Below, in pieces: positions 27,862 to 40,979 of a stretch of 64,000 nt of DNA (positions are counted from its first letter, which is position 1; each line of letters begins with the position of its first letter). A program made the translations under genes and the position numbers. The notes beneath the pieces were generated by a model. It was not told the DNA's origin and did no database searches. It saw nothing but the letters and a program-made list of their open reading frames with translations. This DNA comes from Octopus vulgaris (taxonomy: Eukaryota), in NCBI GenBank assembly GCA_951406725.2, contig OX597815.1, forward strand, positions 209,932,001 to 209,996,000. Direction: 5' to 3'.

Positions 27862-28081
27862 AAGGCGGTGAAGTGGTAGGATTGGTATCACGCCGGGCGA
27901 AATGCTTAGCGGTATTTCGCCTGTTGCTACGTCCTGAGTTCAAATTCCACCGAGGTCTACTTTGCCTTTCATCATTTTGGGATCGATAAATTAACTACCA
28001 GTGAAACAGTGGATCGATGTAATCGACTAGTTCACTCTTCCAGAACCTCAGGCCATGTGCCTATAGTAGAAAGGATTATTG
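27862..28081 (+). mobile_element. SINE family B, ordinary-tail type
   Basis: AAGGCGGTGAAGTGGTAG head; GTGCCTATAGTAGAAAGGATTATT tail. Confidence 0.85.
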
Positions 28082-28330
28082 TGTCTAGCGGACTTAATCA
28101 TTAAAAGATATATTCGATAAACAGTTAAATTAAAGTGAGTTAACTTTAGTTAGCAAATATTTTATCTTTTACCTGATCCAGACCGAAGGCTGTAGCCATG
28201 CCAGTCATTATTAATTATCTTATTTGCCTGTAGCTTTAAATGCTTATCGTCATTAAAAGGATAGACAGATTCATACAGCCATAAGGGTAAGTAGATACGG
28301 CGGTTAGTTATTTAAGTCAGTTAGTGCAAA

Positions 28331-29470
28331 ATGAACAATTTGTCGAGAGATGAAGAGACGCTAATGGCGAGGTGTTTGGAAGAAGACTGCGTGAAACGCA
28401 GGCAAAAGGAAATGGAAAGACAGAAGAAAGATGAAGAAAGCAGAATGGAAGAAAATGCGGAGAAAAACGTAAACTTTGCTTCGGCTGATAGCATGGCGAA
28501 AGAAAATGTCTGCTTCGAACCGGGCAGACATAAAAATATACTACGAAGAGAGGGTAACGCGGTGGAAGTTTCACCTCCCGGAGAAATTATACAGAATGCA
28601 GCAAGGAAAACTGTGTTTTACAAAACAGTGTCAATGAAATCGAAAAGAATAGAACAGGCGTCTGAAGAAACAGTGGAGAAATGGCTTCGCGCCATTTGGA
28701 TGGATGTAACGTACATAAATATGGAAAAGTGATGCGACACGGTAGATGTGCGTTTCCGTACCGAGGAAAAGCCAGACAAAATTTAACGAACCCGTTGAAA
28801 ACAGCCAAGGCGGCTCTCCTGCCCACATACCTTGCTAGATGCGCTTCCAAGGTAAGAGTGGAGGAATACCACCGGAAATTGGTGTTGCCTGGCTTATTGA
28901 TGCAATCTTAATGGGCTTGGAGGATAAAATAGCTATCCTTCAAACCTACAAGTGCCAACAGCAGAACTCGCTGGGACAAGCTTTAGAATTGATAATTCAG
29001 GCCGCCCCCAGGAGACTTAGAGAACATTATAGACATAATTTCGGTGGGAGAGAGGAAGTTGAGAGTGAACGTGGAAGGCTGGAAACCCAGGTGTTATAAA
29101 TGCGGACAGAAAGGGTACATTAGGGCTGAATGTGTGCCACCAGCACCAGCAGCAGCAGCAGCAGAAAAAGTAGCCCCCTCACTGAAGGAGAAACCAGCAG
29201 CACCTCCACCACCGCCGACAAAACTAGAAGCACCTACAACTACGGCGAAAATCCAACCAAAACCTGGGAAAGTGGAGGATATACTCTTACAAAACACAAC
29301 AGAGTCAGAGACAGATGAAGACACAGAGTGGGAGCACGCGGGAAGGGAAGAGATAAAAAGAAGGGGCTATTACCCCGCCCCCACAGAAACACCTGCACAT
29401 TCACAGCCCAACCAAACATCCACGCAAGCACTCACACAAACACACACAACTTCACAAACACACACAATCA
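28331..29470 (+). pseudogene. LINE ORF1 (gag-like, CCHC knuckle), frameshifted
   Basis: Overlapping ORFs 28331, 28681, 28839, 29044; PRCYKCGQKGYIRAEC followed by a Pro/Ala-rich linker. Confidence 0.75.
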
Positions 29471-30480
29471 CTCAAATGTGTTTACCGCATTTGTCATTAT
29501 TTATCGTCTAAAAGTCGTGCTGCGCCCCGATTCATGGCTAAACAAGTTGGAACGCATGCTCTTCCACTTCTTGTGGAAGGGCAGGCGGCCTCTTGTAAGG
29601 CGCCCGAACTGCTGCCAACAGCTGCTAAAGAGTGGGTTAGGGATGCCGTGGCTAAGGCCGCGCAGGCATGCGCTCAGGTTGAGGCATCTCTGGCTCTACC
29701 TGGACGGTGAGTGGGCGTGGTTTCTGTTTGTTGATGAGATATTTCCAAGGTTTACCTCTTCTGGGGATATGGAATGCTGGATCAGGCGTAGACCAAGCAT
29801 GGGAGCTTGGAAAGCAGAGTGTCTACAGGTGCTCGTGCTTTTCTCCCGAACGAGCAATGCCGGCGTAGGGGGTACCACTTCGGCGAACTATAGAGCCATG
29901 GTAGAGGGCCAGTGTGATGACGGCCTGGTGGAGACTCTGGGTTTCAATGAATGTCAGCTTGCCAGCCCGCATCGTAGGACTTTAGACCCGAGATCTATGG
30001 GCAACTTTCAGAGGTCCCTTGCTTGGTCCTTCCGAAGTGCCTTGCCAGTTCGGGATAAACTCGTGAAGCACGGCGTCACGGTTTCGCCTACGTGTCCACA
30101 TCGCGGGCAGAGTAACGAAACTGTTCTGCATGCTATCGTACAGTGCTCGAATCTCTCGGACCTGTGGGTCTCTACCAAACGAGTACTGTCACAGGTGGGG
30201 AGAGTGCAGCTACCAGCCGAATTGATTATCAAGATTGTTCTGCCGTCTCCTCTAAGAGGAGAAGAGAAGTTCTGTTTTCTAGCCGTAATAGATACAGCGA
30301 AAAGGGGTGATATGGAAGACGCGTGTAAGAGGTATCGCATTAAACATCTTTGTCTTTGGGCATGCTTTGGTTAACCTCATGTTATATCGGTTAAGAAGGA
30401 AATCACGTCTGGAGAAGACACGTCTGACAACAAAAAAGGACGAACTAAACGGTTCAACGCAGAAATGTGACTGGTGGGGT
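29470..30480 (+). pseudogene. LINE ORF2 C-terminal part (post-RT region and zinc-binding motif)
   Basis: ORF 29328-30374 from NVFTAFVIIYRL onward; no endonuclease or RT core motifs present. Confidence 0.8.
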
Positions 30481-32079
30481 CAAACCCATTCCGCGTCCAT
30501 CCATTCTTTCCTCTTCATCCGAAATTATATTGTATTTACTCATGAATGTAATCTCATTCAATAAGTCCCCGACCTCTATTTGTCCCATGTATTGCCCCCT
30601 CTTTGTTTAACTCTTGTGATTTCAATAAAATCATCTTGCTAGTTCCGCAGTTAACGTGTTGATAGTTCAAAGTCGGAGTTCAAAATTTACAGTTCGAGTT
30701 AGCGTGTCGGATTGTTGGTTCTTAAAAGATTGTTGTTACGTTCCGTGTGATTACTGCCGTTTGTTTCGATTATATTGTTATTACACTGTAGCAGTGTACT
30801 CCTTAATCCATAAGGATATAACAAGTATAAAAATATAATATACTAATTTATTTAGCTATGACACTTTCCATGGAAATATGTCACTAATTTTCGGCTCATG
30901 AGAATGCTAATAATTCGATGACGAATAATTGAGTCTTTTGAAGCGTTTCATCTTCCCAGTTTTAATTTTTACCGAATCAGTCACTGAAGTTTTCTCAGTA
31001 TGTGATACGTTGGAAATACTGTGTGTATACACAGCCATATTCCCCAGTTACTTCAAACCATTAAATCATATAGAAGCTAAGAAAGGTAATTTCAGGCAAA
31101 ACATGGTAATAACTATTAGCCCAGTCGTCTAATATCCTAAATACACAAAATTTATGACTCACACCTAAATAACAAATAAAAAATTTGCCAAAAAATATAG
31201 TTGTGATTTCGACAAATTAATAACAAATATAACTAGAATAAATTATTTAATCCAAATAAATATCATAGAATATTTCACTTTAATTTTTTTTTTTATCTGA
31301 AAACTTCTCATTAGTAATATTCTGTTTATATTCGTTGTTGACCACCTCAGGCATAAAACAAGAAAGCTTGTTTCATGTGTGTAATTTATGTTTTACTTGC
31401 AGACTTTTAAATGTAATGAACATAACATGATTTAAATTTTGATTCCTGGAAGCAAGTCGTTGTCAGTCAGTCAATCATTTTGCTCCTCGAAGTATATGCG
31501 TATGACTGTAGATATATACACTTCCTTCTATGCATACACGTATACGTGAATGTGTGAAGTTTATATTTCAATAACATGTTTCTTAATTAAGAATTGTCAT
31601 AAGATACAATCAGATTGTAAATAAGATACTTCATTTGAAATACCCCTTTGGTTTTCATGTCTTCTATGGCTGCTATAATTGTAACCTGCGACAGATAAAT
31701 CATCCTAATTTGTACACATTTATTAGATTAAAGTGTGTTTCTCATCATTTAATTGTGTGAAAAAAGCCGAGGGTTGGTGAGGGGAGGATGAGAATGGGTA
31801 AGTCACACCCATACTTAAACAAAAATAACTTCATCCCACAAACTAACAAATCTTACTTCGGCAACGTATTCTTAATTTTTAACTTTTATAATTACTGAGA
31901 TGTAAACTAATCTTGTGACTGGTTGTGTATCTCTGTGCTTATATACCTACACGCTTTTATTCAGATTATTCTGGAGCACGCTTGTTTTATATAATTTCTA
32001 GCATAATAGCATTTAGGATGAATTTTAGTATTTATTTCTGTGAAAGTGGTAAATACATATAGTATACATACATATTCTT

Positions 32080-32495
32080 ATTTCTTTATTGCCCAGAAGA
32101 GGCTAAACACAGAGGAGACAAACAAGGACAGACAAACGGATTAAGTCGATTACATCGACCTCAGTGCGTAACTGTTACTTCATTTATCGACCCCGAAAGG
32201 ATGAAAGGCAAAGTCGACCTCGGTGGAATTTGAACTCAGAACGTAAAGACAGACGGAATACCTATTTCTTTACTACCCACAAGGGGCTAAACACAGAGAG
32301 GAAAAACAAGGATAGACAAAGGGATTAAGTCGATTACATCGACCCCAGTGCGTAACTGATACTTGATTTATCGACCCCGAAAGGATGAAAGGTAAAGTCG
32401 ACCTCGGCGGAATTTGAACACAGAACGTAAAGACAGACGAAATACCACTAAGCATTTCGCCCGGCGTGCTAACGTTTGTGCCAGCTCGCCGCCTT
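32080..32495 (-). mobile_element. SINE family B, two LINE-tailed units in tandem
   Basis: Head at 32495, two units ending (A/G)TAAAGAAATA; flanking direct repeat ATACATATTCTT at 32068-32079 and 32500-32511. Confidence 0.9.
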
Positions 32496-32698
32496 ATAAA
32501 TACATATTCTTGTTGCGTGATCTCTATGCATGAAGCGATTAAAGTGTGAATATTTTGTGCGTCACCTTCCGGTCAAACAGTTTTGTTTCAACGTTTTGTT
32601 TGTGCGCGTTCACACATATATGTGTGCATGGGTAACATATCTTTTTAGTAGGCTTGTAATTGACTAGTGGACTGCATATAACTGTAAAAATATAAATG

Positions 32699-32700
<2 letters not shown>

Positions 32701-32770
<70 letters not shown>
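32701..32770. repeat. (TTA)n microsatellite
   Basis: Seen directly. Confidence 0.95.
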
Positions 32771-32777
32771 CGAACTT

Positions 32778-32985
32778 AAGGTAATGAGCTGGTAGAGTCG
32801 TTAGCACGTCGGGCGAAATTTCGCCCGATTTTATGTCCTGCGTTCAAATTTCACCGAGGTCAACTTTGCCTTTCATCCTCTCTGGGTTGATAAAACATGT
32901 ACCAGTTGAGTACTGGAGTCGATATAATCGACTTTTCCCCTCCCACAAATTTCAGGCCTTCTGCCTTTAGTAGAGAGGATTATTA
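32778..32985 (+). mobile_element. SINE family B, ordinary-tail type
   Basis: AAGGTAATGAGCTGGTAGAGTCGTTAGCAC head; CCCTCCCACAAATTTCAGGCCTT tail. Confidence 0.85.
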
Positions 32986-33049
32986 TAATCTAGTTATTTT
33001 CATTCAGTTGGTCAAAAGATATGCAATGTCTTACACCAAACCTTTTTAG

Positions 33050-34520
33050 TGTAACGCTGACCTGATCCAGATACAATTTTCTTTCTTTTCTTTTCGACCA
33101 CTTCTCCCCAAAGCATTTACATGAAGCGTTTCTTTTATTTTTGTAATTCTCGAATATTTCAACATTATTATGAAATTAAGATTATAGGTTTGTCCGAAAC
33201 TTTAGAATTTTCCTCGTGGAGTTCAACGTCATTAGATAAAATCCACCCGGTGTATGCCACTTATCATGAAACTTCCTGAATTTTCAAATCTCATCATCTT
33301 CCGTCTCTTTATCACTTGTCTGTAACATAAAATCCCTTTTTTTTTTAGTTAGATTGATTTCAGTATAGGTACCATTACATATTCAGCATATCATATTTGA
33401 CTTGTTCTAGGTCACCTTTATTACCGGTGTCTTACTGTAATATAAGATTATTTTCTTCATAAATATGTCATGCAATCTACCATTTTAAGGAGAAATGTTC
33501 TGTCGTTAAGTGAAGTAATAACTCTGTTGCGTACTTGAGTTAGTTATTATAATTTCGCATCACCTGTTTAACAGAAACGTTGCTATGTGATTATATATAA
33601 AAAAATATTTGATTAATGTACCTCATTCATGGGGCCAGAATTAACTAATAGTGCACATCTATCAGGCCTGTTTCTTTTAATGGTTTCAGTGTGGTCCACA
33701 TCCCTTCATACAATGTGCATGTACAAAGTGTCCCTGATTGATGTCCTACCAATTTTTTCTGTTTTAAAACATATCTGCTGAAGCGGTTAGAATTTTTTCT
33801 TGTATAGTATTAACAAATTTGATCTTTACTATTTTGCTATTAGACTAAATCTAAGTAGAATCAATATTCTGGTTTGATACTTTTTCTGAGGTCCTTTTCA
33901 TCTAATTAACTATAATTAGATTGACTGCAATTAAGGAGGATTCCCGATGAGCCGTTGCACATACAGGTCCGTTGTAGTCACCGACATTAATGTTAAGTAG
34001 AGCCACCTCAAAAAAATGCTGCACGAATCTTAATAGTTTTTTTAACGACACTAGCTTTCTCCGTAGTCACGAGAGTGGAGTAGTGTCAGGTCCTCCACTA
34101 ACAATTACCTCCGATTTTATGTAAGCAATATAAAGTGGATTTTTCTTTGACTACTTGTCAATGATCTCTTTTAAGAATATAGCTGCTGTTCTTATTATTG
34201 TGAGCACAATCGACAGCTCATCCAATCTGAGTTTATCCTGATGCAACATTTCTAAGTCAGTCGTTCAACTACGATGAAAAGTTTTCATTCTTTTCATGAA
34301 TTCATACAATTTCCTCATTCAGTTGTGTGCAAGTATACCGTCATATTAGCCATCAGACATAGCACGTTTGTGCATTACTTGATTAAGGTAAAAGGAAACA
34401 AGCAACTATAATACTCACGTAGCAGATTCCTGCAACATGCCATAAACTTACTGAGAGTCTCTGCTTTCTGCTCCATTATTTCCTTTATTGCCTAATCAGT
34501 CTTTCCAACATTAATAATAA
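33050..34520 (-). mobile_element. Highly decayed RTE-like LINE relic
   Basis: Minus-strand IITKLKYATELLL (cf. INNLRYADDIVL) near 33520-33555 and GRSGRK-like C-terminal motif near 33080-33120; boundaries approximate. Confidence 0.4.
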
Positions 34521-34806
34521 ATGTCGACAGTTATCTCTTTGAATCCGCTTAGAATAGGCATTCAACGTTTCTCTCATAACCTTCCATATCATCCAATGGG
34601 GTAACAAAGAGATATTAATATTCTAAAACCCTAAATTTCACTATGTCGTCTGTGAATACCATACAGAAGATAATATTTCATTGGAACCATCGCATTATAA
34701 GAATTTCTCGATTTCAATATTTTTCTCTATCCTACAAAAGTATATTTTGGACATCCAGATAAAATTATAGTTTGAAATAAAATAAAATCTATTATAAAAT
34801 TGAATA

Positions 34807-34971
34807 GACGCAGGAGTGGCTGTGTGGTAAGTAGCTTGCTAACCAACCACATGGTTCCGGGTTCAGTCCCACTGCGTGGCACCTTGGGCAAGTGTCTTCC
34901 GCTATAGCCCCGGGCCGACCAATGCCTTGTGAGTGGATTTGGTAGACGGAAACTGAAAGAAGCCTGTCGTA

Positions 34972-35037
<66 letters not shown>

Positions 35038-35251
35038 CGTGTATGTTTGTGTGTCTGTGTTTGTCCCCCTAGCATTGCTTGACAACGGATGCTGGTGTGT
35101 TTACGTCCCCCGTCACTTAGCGGTTCGGCAAAAAAGACCGATAGAATAAGTACTGGGCTTACAAAAAAGAATAAGTCCCGGGGTCGATTTGCTCGATTAA
35201 AGGCGGTGCTCCAGCATGGCCATGGTCAAATGACTGAAACAAGTAAAAGAG
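34807..35251 (+). mobile_element. Full-length SINE family A with 12-bp TSD
   Basis: TSD TAAAATTGAATA at 34795-34806 and 35252-35263; expanded internal (TA)n. Confidence 0.93.
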
Positions 35252-36539
35252 TAAAATTGAATATTTGAGTTTATTGGTAAAATATGCAATACATCATTTC
35301 ATAATAGCTTCGGTACTATTCGAACTCATAACCTTCGAGTTTATATTACAGCTTCTCAGCACCTGAATAAGCCTTTCCGCTAGCATGCACGAGCAAACTG
35401 GAACAATAGTAATCTGTTAAAACGATTACGTAACATTAACTAAATTATAATCAAAATTTATTTTACATATACCATCAAATATAACCAAATATATATGAAT
35501 AGACCTAGAACTTAGTTTTGGTTAAACGATTTAAAAATTAGCGTACAATTCGCTTTTAACTAGGTACTAGGTTAACATAAAATATGTGATTGTAAGAAAA
35601 TAAACTTTATTTTTAATTGTATTATTCAGTTGGAAAAGAAAAATTATACAAGACAAGAAAAATAAGAACAAGATAAATGGGTTTGTTTATTCTTAATAGG
35701 AATCACAATGTTTCATTACATCTATTTCCTTTATTTATAAGAAGTCTTCTGATGTTAATCAAGTAATACTAGAATAAATTGTAAACTAAAGTAAATCTCA
35801 ACAATTTAAATATTGTAAAGTGTGCCTGTACCTTTCATGTGATATTACTTTGATATCACTTTAAATAATTCAACAATTAATGTGAAATATTAAATTATTA
35901 CATAATTGATTTATTTTCAAGTCTGAAAAGTTATTCCTTCAATTAAATTATGACTAATTTTTGATCTTGCATTTTTATTCATTGAAATTTATTAAGATAT
36001 AATTTTTAAAGATTGAAGCAAATGATTCTAAACATTCAAACGTTTTAAACATATTGCGAATTACAACGATATTTTAGTTAAATTGCAATAAAAAAATTGC
36101 TGCAATAGTTTGTTTAATAATAATTGTCGAACATTTACTTGTGTGCAGGTATTAACATAATACATAAAACAACACTTCAATCACTCCAAAAAGTTTTTGG
36201 CTTCATACATAAATCTATGGTAGATTCGGCCAAACATTTGGACATTTATAAATGCCCTTTAGAGAATTATAGCTATATATAAAGAGATCATGGGGACCAT
36301 TGGATAGAAATAGAATGAATAATTTAATTTAATAGTATAATATATGCATGAATACTTGAATTATGAAAATACTACTATTGGTTCAATTAAAATTTTCGAA
36401 ATTTTCACTGTCTTTAACAAACCACAAATACTGCCCTGAATCAATGGTCTAGGCATTGAACTTTTGCTAACTGCCAAGAAATACCAAAAGTCAATTATCT
36501 TTATTGTGTGTGTTTGTGCGTGCGTGTTTGTACATATTT

Positions 36540-36685
36540 TTCTCTCTCTTTATTTTCTCTTATCCCTTTCTCTTGAAGAGCATAGACTCGAAATGTAAAA
36601 GACTTCTTTATTTTCCTGAGCTTCAAACTAATACACTTGCTTATTGTTCATACACGTCTTCGTCTTCTGTTTTTCTATAAATTTC

Positions 36686-36690
<5 letters not shown>
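36540..36690 (+). mobile_element. PLE-type 3' end with HHR-like motif, ending in (TA)n
   Basis: CTTT-CTCTTGA-A-GAGCATAGACTC-GAAATGTA-AAAG then family tail AAACTAATACACTTGC..GTCTTCGTC..CTATATA. Confidence 0.6.
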
Positions 36691-36726
<36 letters not shown>

Positions 36727-36793
36727 TGTGTGTGTGTGTGTGTGTGTTTGTTGTGTATAATAAGTGAAATTTCTTCACACTGAAAGCAATTGG

Positions 36794-37067
36794 AGATAAT
36801 ATTTGAGACTTTTATCATTGAAGTGTAAAATAGTTAGTTTTTACAAAAGATGAAACCGGTTTCTTGTTCACCTTTTAATCTTTAAAAGAAACAAGGGATG
36901 GATTTAAAACATTATATATATACTTGAGATAATATTTGAGACTTTTATCATTGAAGTGTAAAATAGTTAGTTTTACTAAAAGATAAACCGGTTTCAATTG
37001 TTCGAACCTTTTAATCCTTTAAAAGAAAGCGGTGACAAGGGATGGATTTAAAACATTATATATATAC
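36794..37067 (-). repeat. Tandem ~131-bp duplication, each unit with a degenerate HHR-like motif
   Basis: Units 36794-36923 and 36926-37067; minus strand GAAACCGGTT with palindromic ACCGGT in both. Confidence 0.7.
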
Positions 37068-37106
37068 ACATATATATGTATATATATATGTGCATATATA
37101 TGCATG

Positions 37107-37174
<68 letters not shown>

Positions 37175-37245
37175 AGAATTTTTTGCGTAATGAGATAAAA
37201 AAAACCATGAGGGTATATAGATATTAAAACGTTTATAGATAGAAG

Positions 37246-37297
37246 GCCTTACAGCTGTTTTTAGGATATTAATTAATAATATCCCTTCATCGGAGAC
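37246..37297 (-). ncRNA. Degenerate hammerhead motif
   Basis: GTCT-CCGATGA-A-GGGATATTA(TTAAT)TAATATCCT-AAAAA-CAGCTG-TA-AGGC: long stem II and palindromic stem III, but U4>C and G12>A. Confidence 0.55.
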
Positions 37298-37518
37298 GGT
37301 GTGAGAGGAAAAATTAAGTCATAGTTAGTTTCGATGTGATATAAATAGAGAGTGAGTTGGAGGAAAGAAAATAGATGTAAGATATTTATGGGTATTGAAT
37401 TCGTAAATTCGTTTTATAGGCATAATAGTATATATGTGTAATATTCCAATGCCCTTGGATTTTACTCAAAGGATATTGGAATATTACACACATATATATG
37501 TATATATATGTATGTATA

Positions 37519-37645
37519 TTTCTGTCGAAGAGCGAAGGCTCGAAGCGTAAAAGACTTTTTCACTTCCCGAGCGTTAAACTAATACATCAGTTTGTTGTTT
37601 ACACACCCGACGTCGTCTTTTGTTTCTTTGTAAATTCTCACTATA
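37519..37645 (+). mobile_element. PLE-type 3' end with HHR-like motif between TA-rich tracts
   Basis: TTT-CTGTCGA-A-GAGC(GAAG)GCTC-GAAGCGTA-AAAG plus family tail. Confidence 0.6.
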
Positions 37646-37721
37646 TACGTATATATGTATATATATATATGCATATAAATGTTTATAGATATATATGTAT
37701 ATGTGTGTATATACACACACG

Positions 37722-37756
<35 letters not shown>

Positions 37757-40700
37757 TTGATACACATGCACTTGTACGTCTGTGTGTGCATGCATTTTTG
37801 TGTTTGCAAAACTAAAATAATTACCGATCTACACGAATTTAGTTATGATACGACGTAATTCAGGTTATTACATATTGAAGGCACAATGAGATTTAATTCC
37901 AAAAGCATAGGCAAATCTGATCTTGGAATGAACTGAAGCAAAACATTTATAATCTATTCTAAATTATTCCTTGCTTTAACTAGCTACAATTTGATTAAAT
38001 TTCTTTATTATAATTTGCTACATGTTACTTTAAAACATTATAATTTGCTACAAGTTGCTTTAAAACATATTTTTCATTATTGTACCTGAAATATTTTGAT
38101 CACTAATTCTACTTAAAAGTTTTTTTAATTATATAATTTCTTATGTAGTAATTTTAACGATTTTTGAAAAACTTTACAAGGATGATATTACAGAAATAGT
38201 TCTTTGGAATATATAATTACGTGAAAATGAGTTAAAATTAGATATGAAAGACAGCACATAACGAGAAATAGAAAATAGTAAAGGAACATAGAAGTGTGAA
38301 ATATCAGAAAGGAAATGAAACGGGAAGGAAACGGACTAAAGAAATTGTGATTGTTTGATATATGATTCTGAAACTTACCTTTCAATTTTCATATCTGTGG
38401 ACAGATTTCTGTTATTTAGAAAAAAATTCAATCTCAGCAATGTTGCTTCGTTTCTAAACTATTTTATCATGGCCACAACCACCTTCGCCGCCGTCTCAAC
38501 TGCCACCACTGTAACCACTGCTACCATCGCCACTACCGCCCCCACCGCCACTACCACCCCCCTTGCCTCCGCCATCTGAGTTAACAGAAATTACATCAAT
38601 GCAATACAAACTCATGAAATTAATTTGAATGTATTGTCTTCTAAATTGAGTTTCATATTTTCTTTCTGCATTATATATATAATTTAGCATACCCTTTTCC
38701 CTAAATTACTATAGCAGCGGAAATATTTATAATGAGTAATATTTGACTAATCCAATCATAATTCCGATAACATAAAGACAAAGCAATTGCATATATAAAA
38801 GGGAAAACGCCCGCTCAAATCCACACACTAATTCTCAACATGTAATTAAAATCTTCAAAGATAGTAAAATATCTGAGCCTTATAATTACTAATAAACTTT
38901 GCTAGCGATTCCCCCTCCAAACTTTGGAAATACTTTAACCGAAAATCTGGTTACTTGAAAAGTGTTTAGCTCTCCTCGAGAATTAAGTGTGTAATCACTC
39001 CCATATCCTAAAAAAAGACTTCTAGACTAATTAACATGAAATAGCTGACTGGTCTTGCACTAACTTTACCCATATCTAACTTAATCACGTTTCCTCATTT
39101 TCCACATTGTGTCACACGTTCATTAGACTTCGCATTTACAACTCCAAAAGTAAACCTTCTGGTATCTTTCCTCTGCCCATGGTTTTCATGAAAATCGTCA
39201 ATAGGAACATGAACTACTTCAATCCTAATTTTTTCACAGAGGCAGTGAAATTTATATCCAAAGACATTTCCTCAATGTAAACTGGAGTGAATTTACTTTT
39301 AATGCTACTTTGACAAATCCTATACACAGTATAGGCCTTGGAAAATTATAAGGCTGTTGTGTACAGACTAAATAAAGCTACATGTAGTAACATGAGCAAC
39401 TACACTAAATGGCAGTAACGACAATTATAGACAGTATCCGAAAAAAGACAACATGGCCGCTATCGGGAGGCTTTTGATTAGTAGACAACTTAAGATGAGC
39501 TTTTGCTTGGAAGAAAGCTCAAGACCGTATCAAAATAATTCCATCATCTATAATATTAGCTATTTCAGCAACGATATCAGTTAAACAAATATTTCTGCAG
39601 ATCATTACCAATGATTATAATTTCAAGTTTTTACACAGGCCAGCAATTTCCATAGTGCAGGGGCAAGCCGTTCACATCGACCCAAGTATTGGGTTGTTAA
39701 TTATTTTATCGACTCCGTAAAGGAGCAACTTCGACATTAATAGTCGTATAAAGCTATGAATTGACTGAAACATTGGAACATTGCACAAAAATATTTGCTC
39801 TTTTAACTTCTCTTTATGTCTAGCCTTCTAATTCTTCCAGGATTGATAAAATAAAATACCAGCCGAGTACTAAGGTAGATACTATCCTCTATACCCCCAC
39901 CACAATTAATTGAATCATTTCTATGGTAGTTGACAATATTTATTTTTCTGTCTGCCTAAATTCGGAGGTGATAACTGGTAGGTGAGTGATTTAGATATAT
40001 CCGAGGAGTTTAAGATTAAAAGAAAAAATAACAGTTGAATTCCCGTTGGAAATTGAAACCATCTTATACACTTAATAAACTAAGTATTTATTAAGCCACT
40101 ACATCATTCATTACTGCTGTTGCAGCACTGTGATATTCACACAAAGCAAAGTAATACAAATAAAGGTAACCTTAAATATATGCAAACATACACACACATA
40201 CATATGCATGTTTGTATGTATGTTTAACAGCTACGACAGTTTTAAGATAGCTTTAACCGGAATTTCTATGAAACCAATCCATTTGTTTGAAAAGCAGGGA
40301 ATGCTGGTTAACGTTAAAGAGGCTTTCGTGTAAAAGAGAAGTTGCGTGCTTACATCCTAACTGAACCAGTATCAGTGACAATATTTGATTAACAAAAGGG
40401 GGATTGCCTTTGAAAGAGGGAGGCTTTAATCAGTGTCTTATAGAAGATCAAGAGAACGCTTACAAGTTACTTGATACTATTCAAACTACCAAGAAGAATT
40501 CTGAATGGCTTCTGTAATTTTATTTTCTTCCTAGTTGCTTTCATTTAATTAAAGGATGAATTTCTTGATGACTTATAGATCGAAATGAAAAACAACAAAT
40601 TAACAAATGAATACGCTACTGAAATCTAGGTGCAAGTATTTTGGAAATACATTTAAAAATCATAAAATTATACATACACAGGCGTGCGCATAAGCACATT

Positions 40701-40979
40701 CAAACATATGTAAGTACACAGTATTCTAAAATGTTATATCGAAATAACAAAGTTCCTCTCAACTACATAATTGCCACTCGGCGAATTAGCAAATTATTTA
40801 TCACCAGGAATAGAAATTGAAAGTATAAGAAGTGAGGATAACTTCAACGAGGCAATGACGAATATAAAAAAATTAAGACAGGTATAATATTAGAATAAAA
40901 ATTGATATTACTTATCTTTAGCAGAAATCTATTTGCAAGTTTCATTTTGCTTTCATATTCAGTATTATTGTAATCACAA

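Larger units (their letters stand above)
28320..30635 (+). mobile_element. Tx1/L1-clade LINE, internally deleted and frameshifted
   Basis: ORF1 pieces with zinc knuckle CYKCGQKGYIRAEC; ORF2 C-terminal half (LFHFLWKG, GLGMP, ALPVRDKL..TCP..ETVLHAIVQC); 3' UTR ending TCAATAAAATCATC; GC-richer than flanks. Confidence 0.85.

Noticed and set aside
30637-30840. Possible solo LTR or host element interrupted by the Tx1-like LINE
   Set aside because: No TG..CA ends or TSD could be identified
38465-38580. GC-rich Thr/Ala or Gly-rich ORF resembling an exon
   Set aside because: Degenerate (CCA/CCG/CTA)n trinucleotide repeat; no convincing splice or domain evidence
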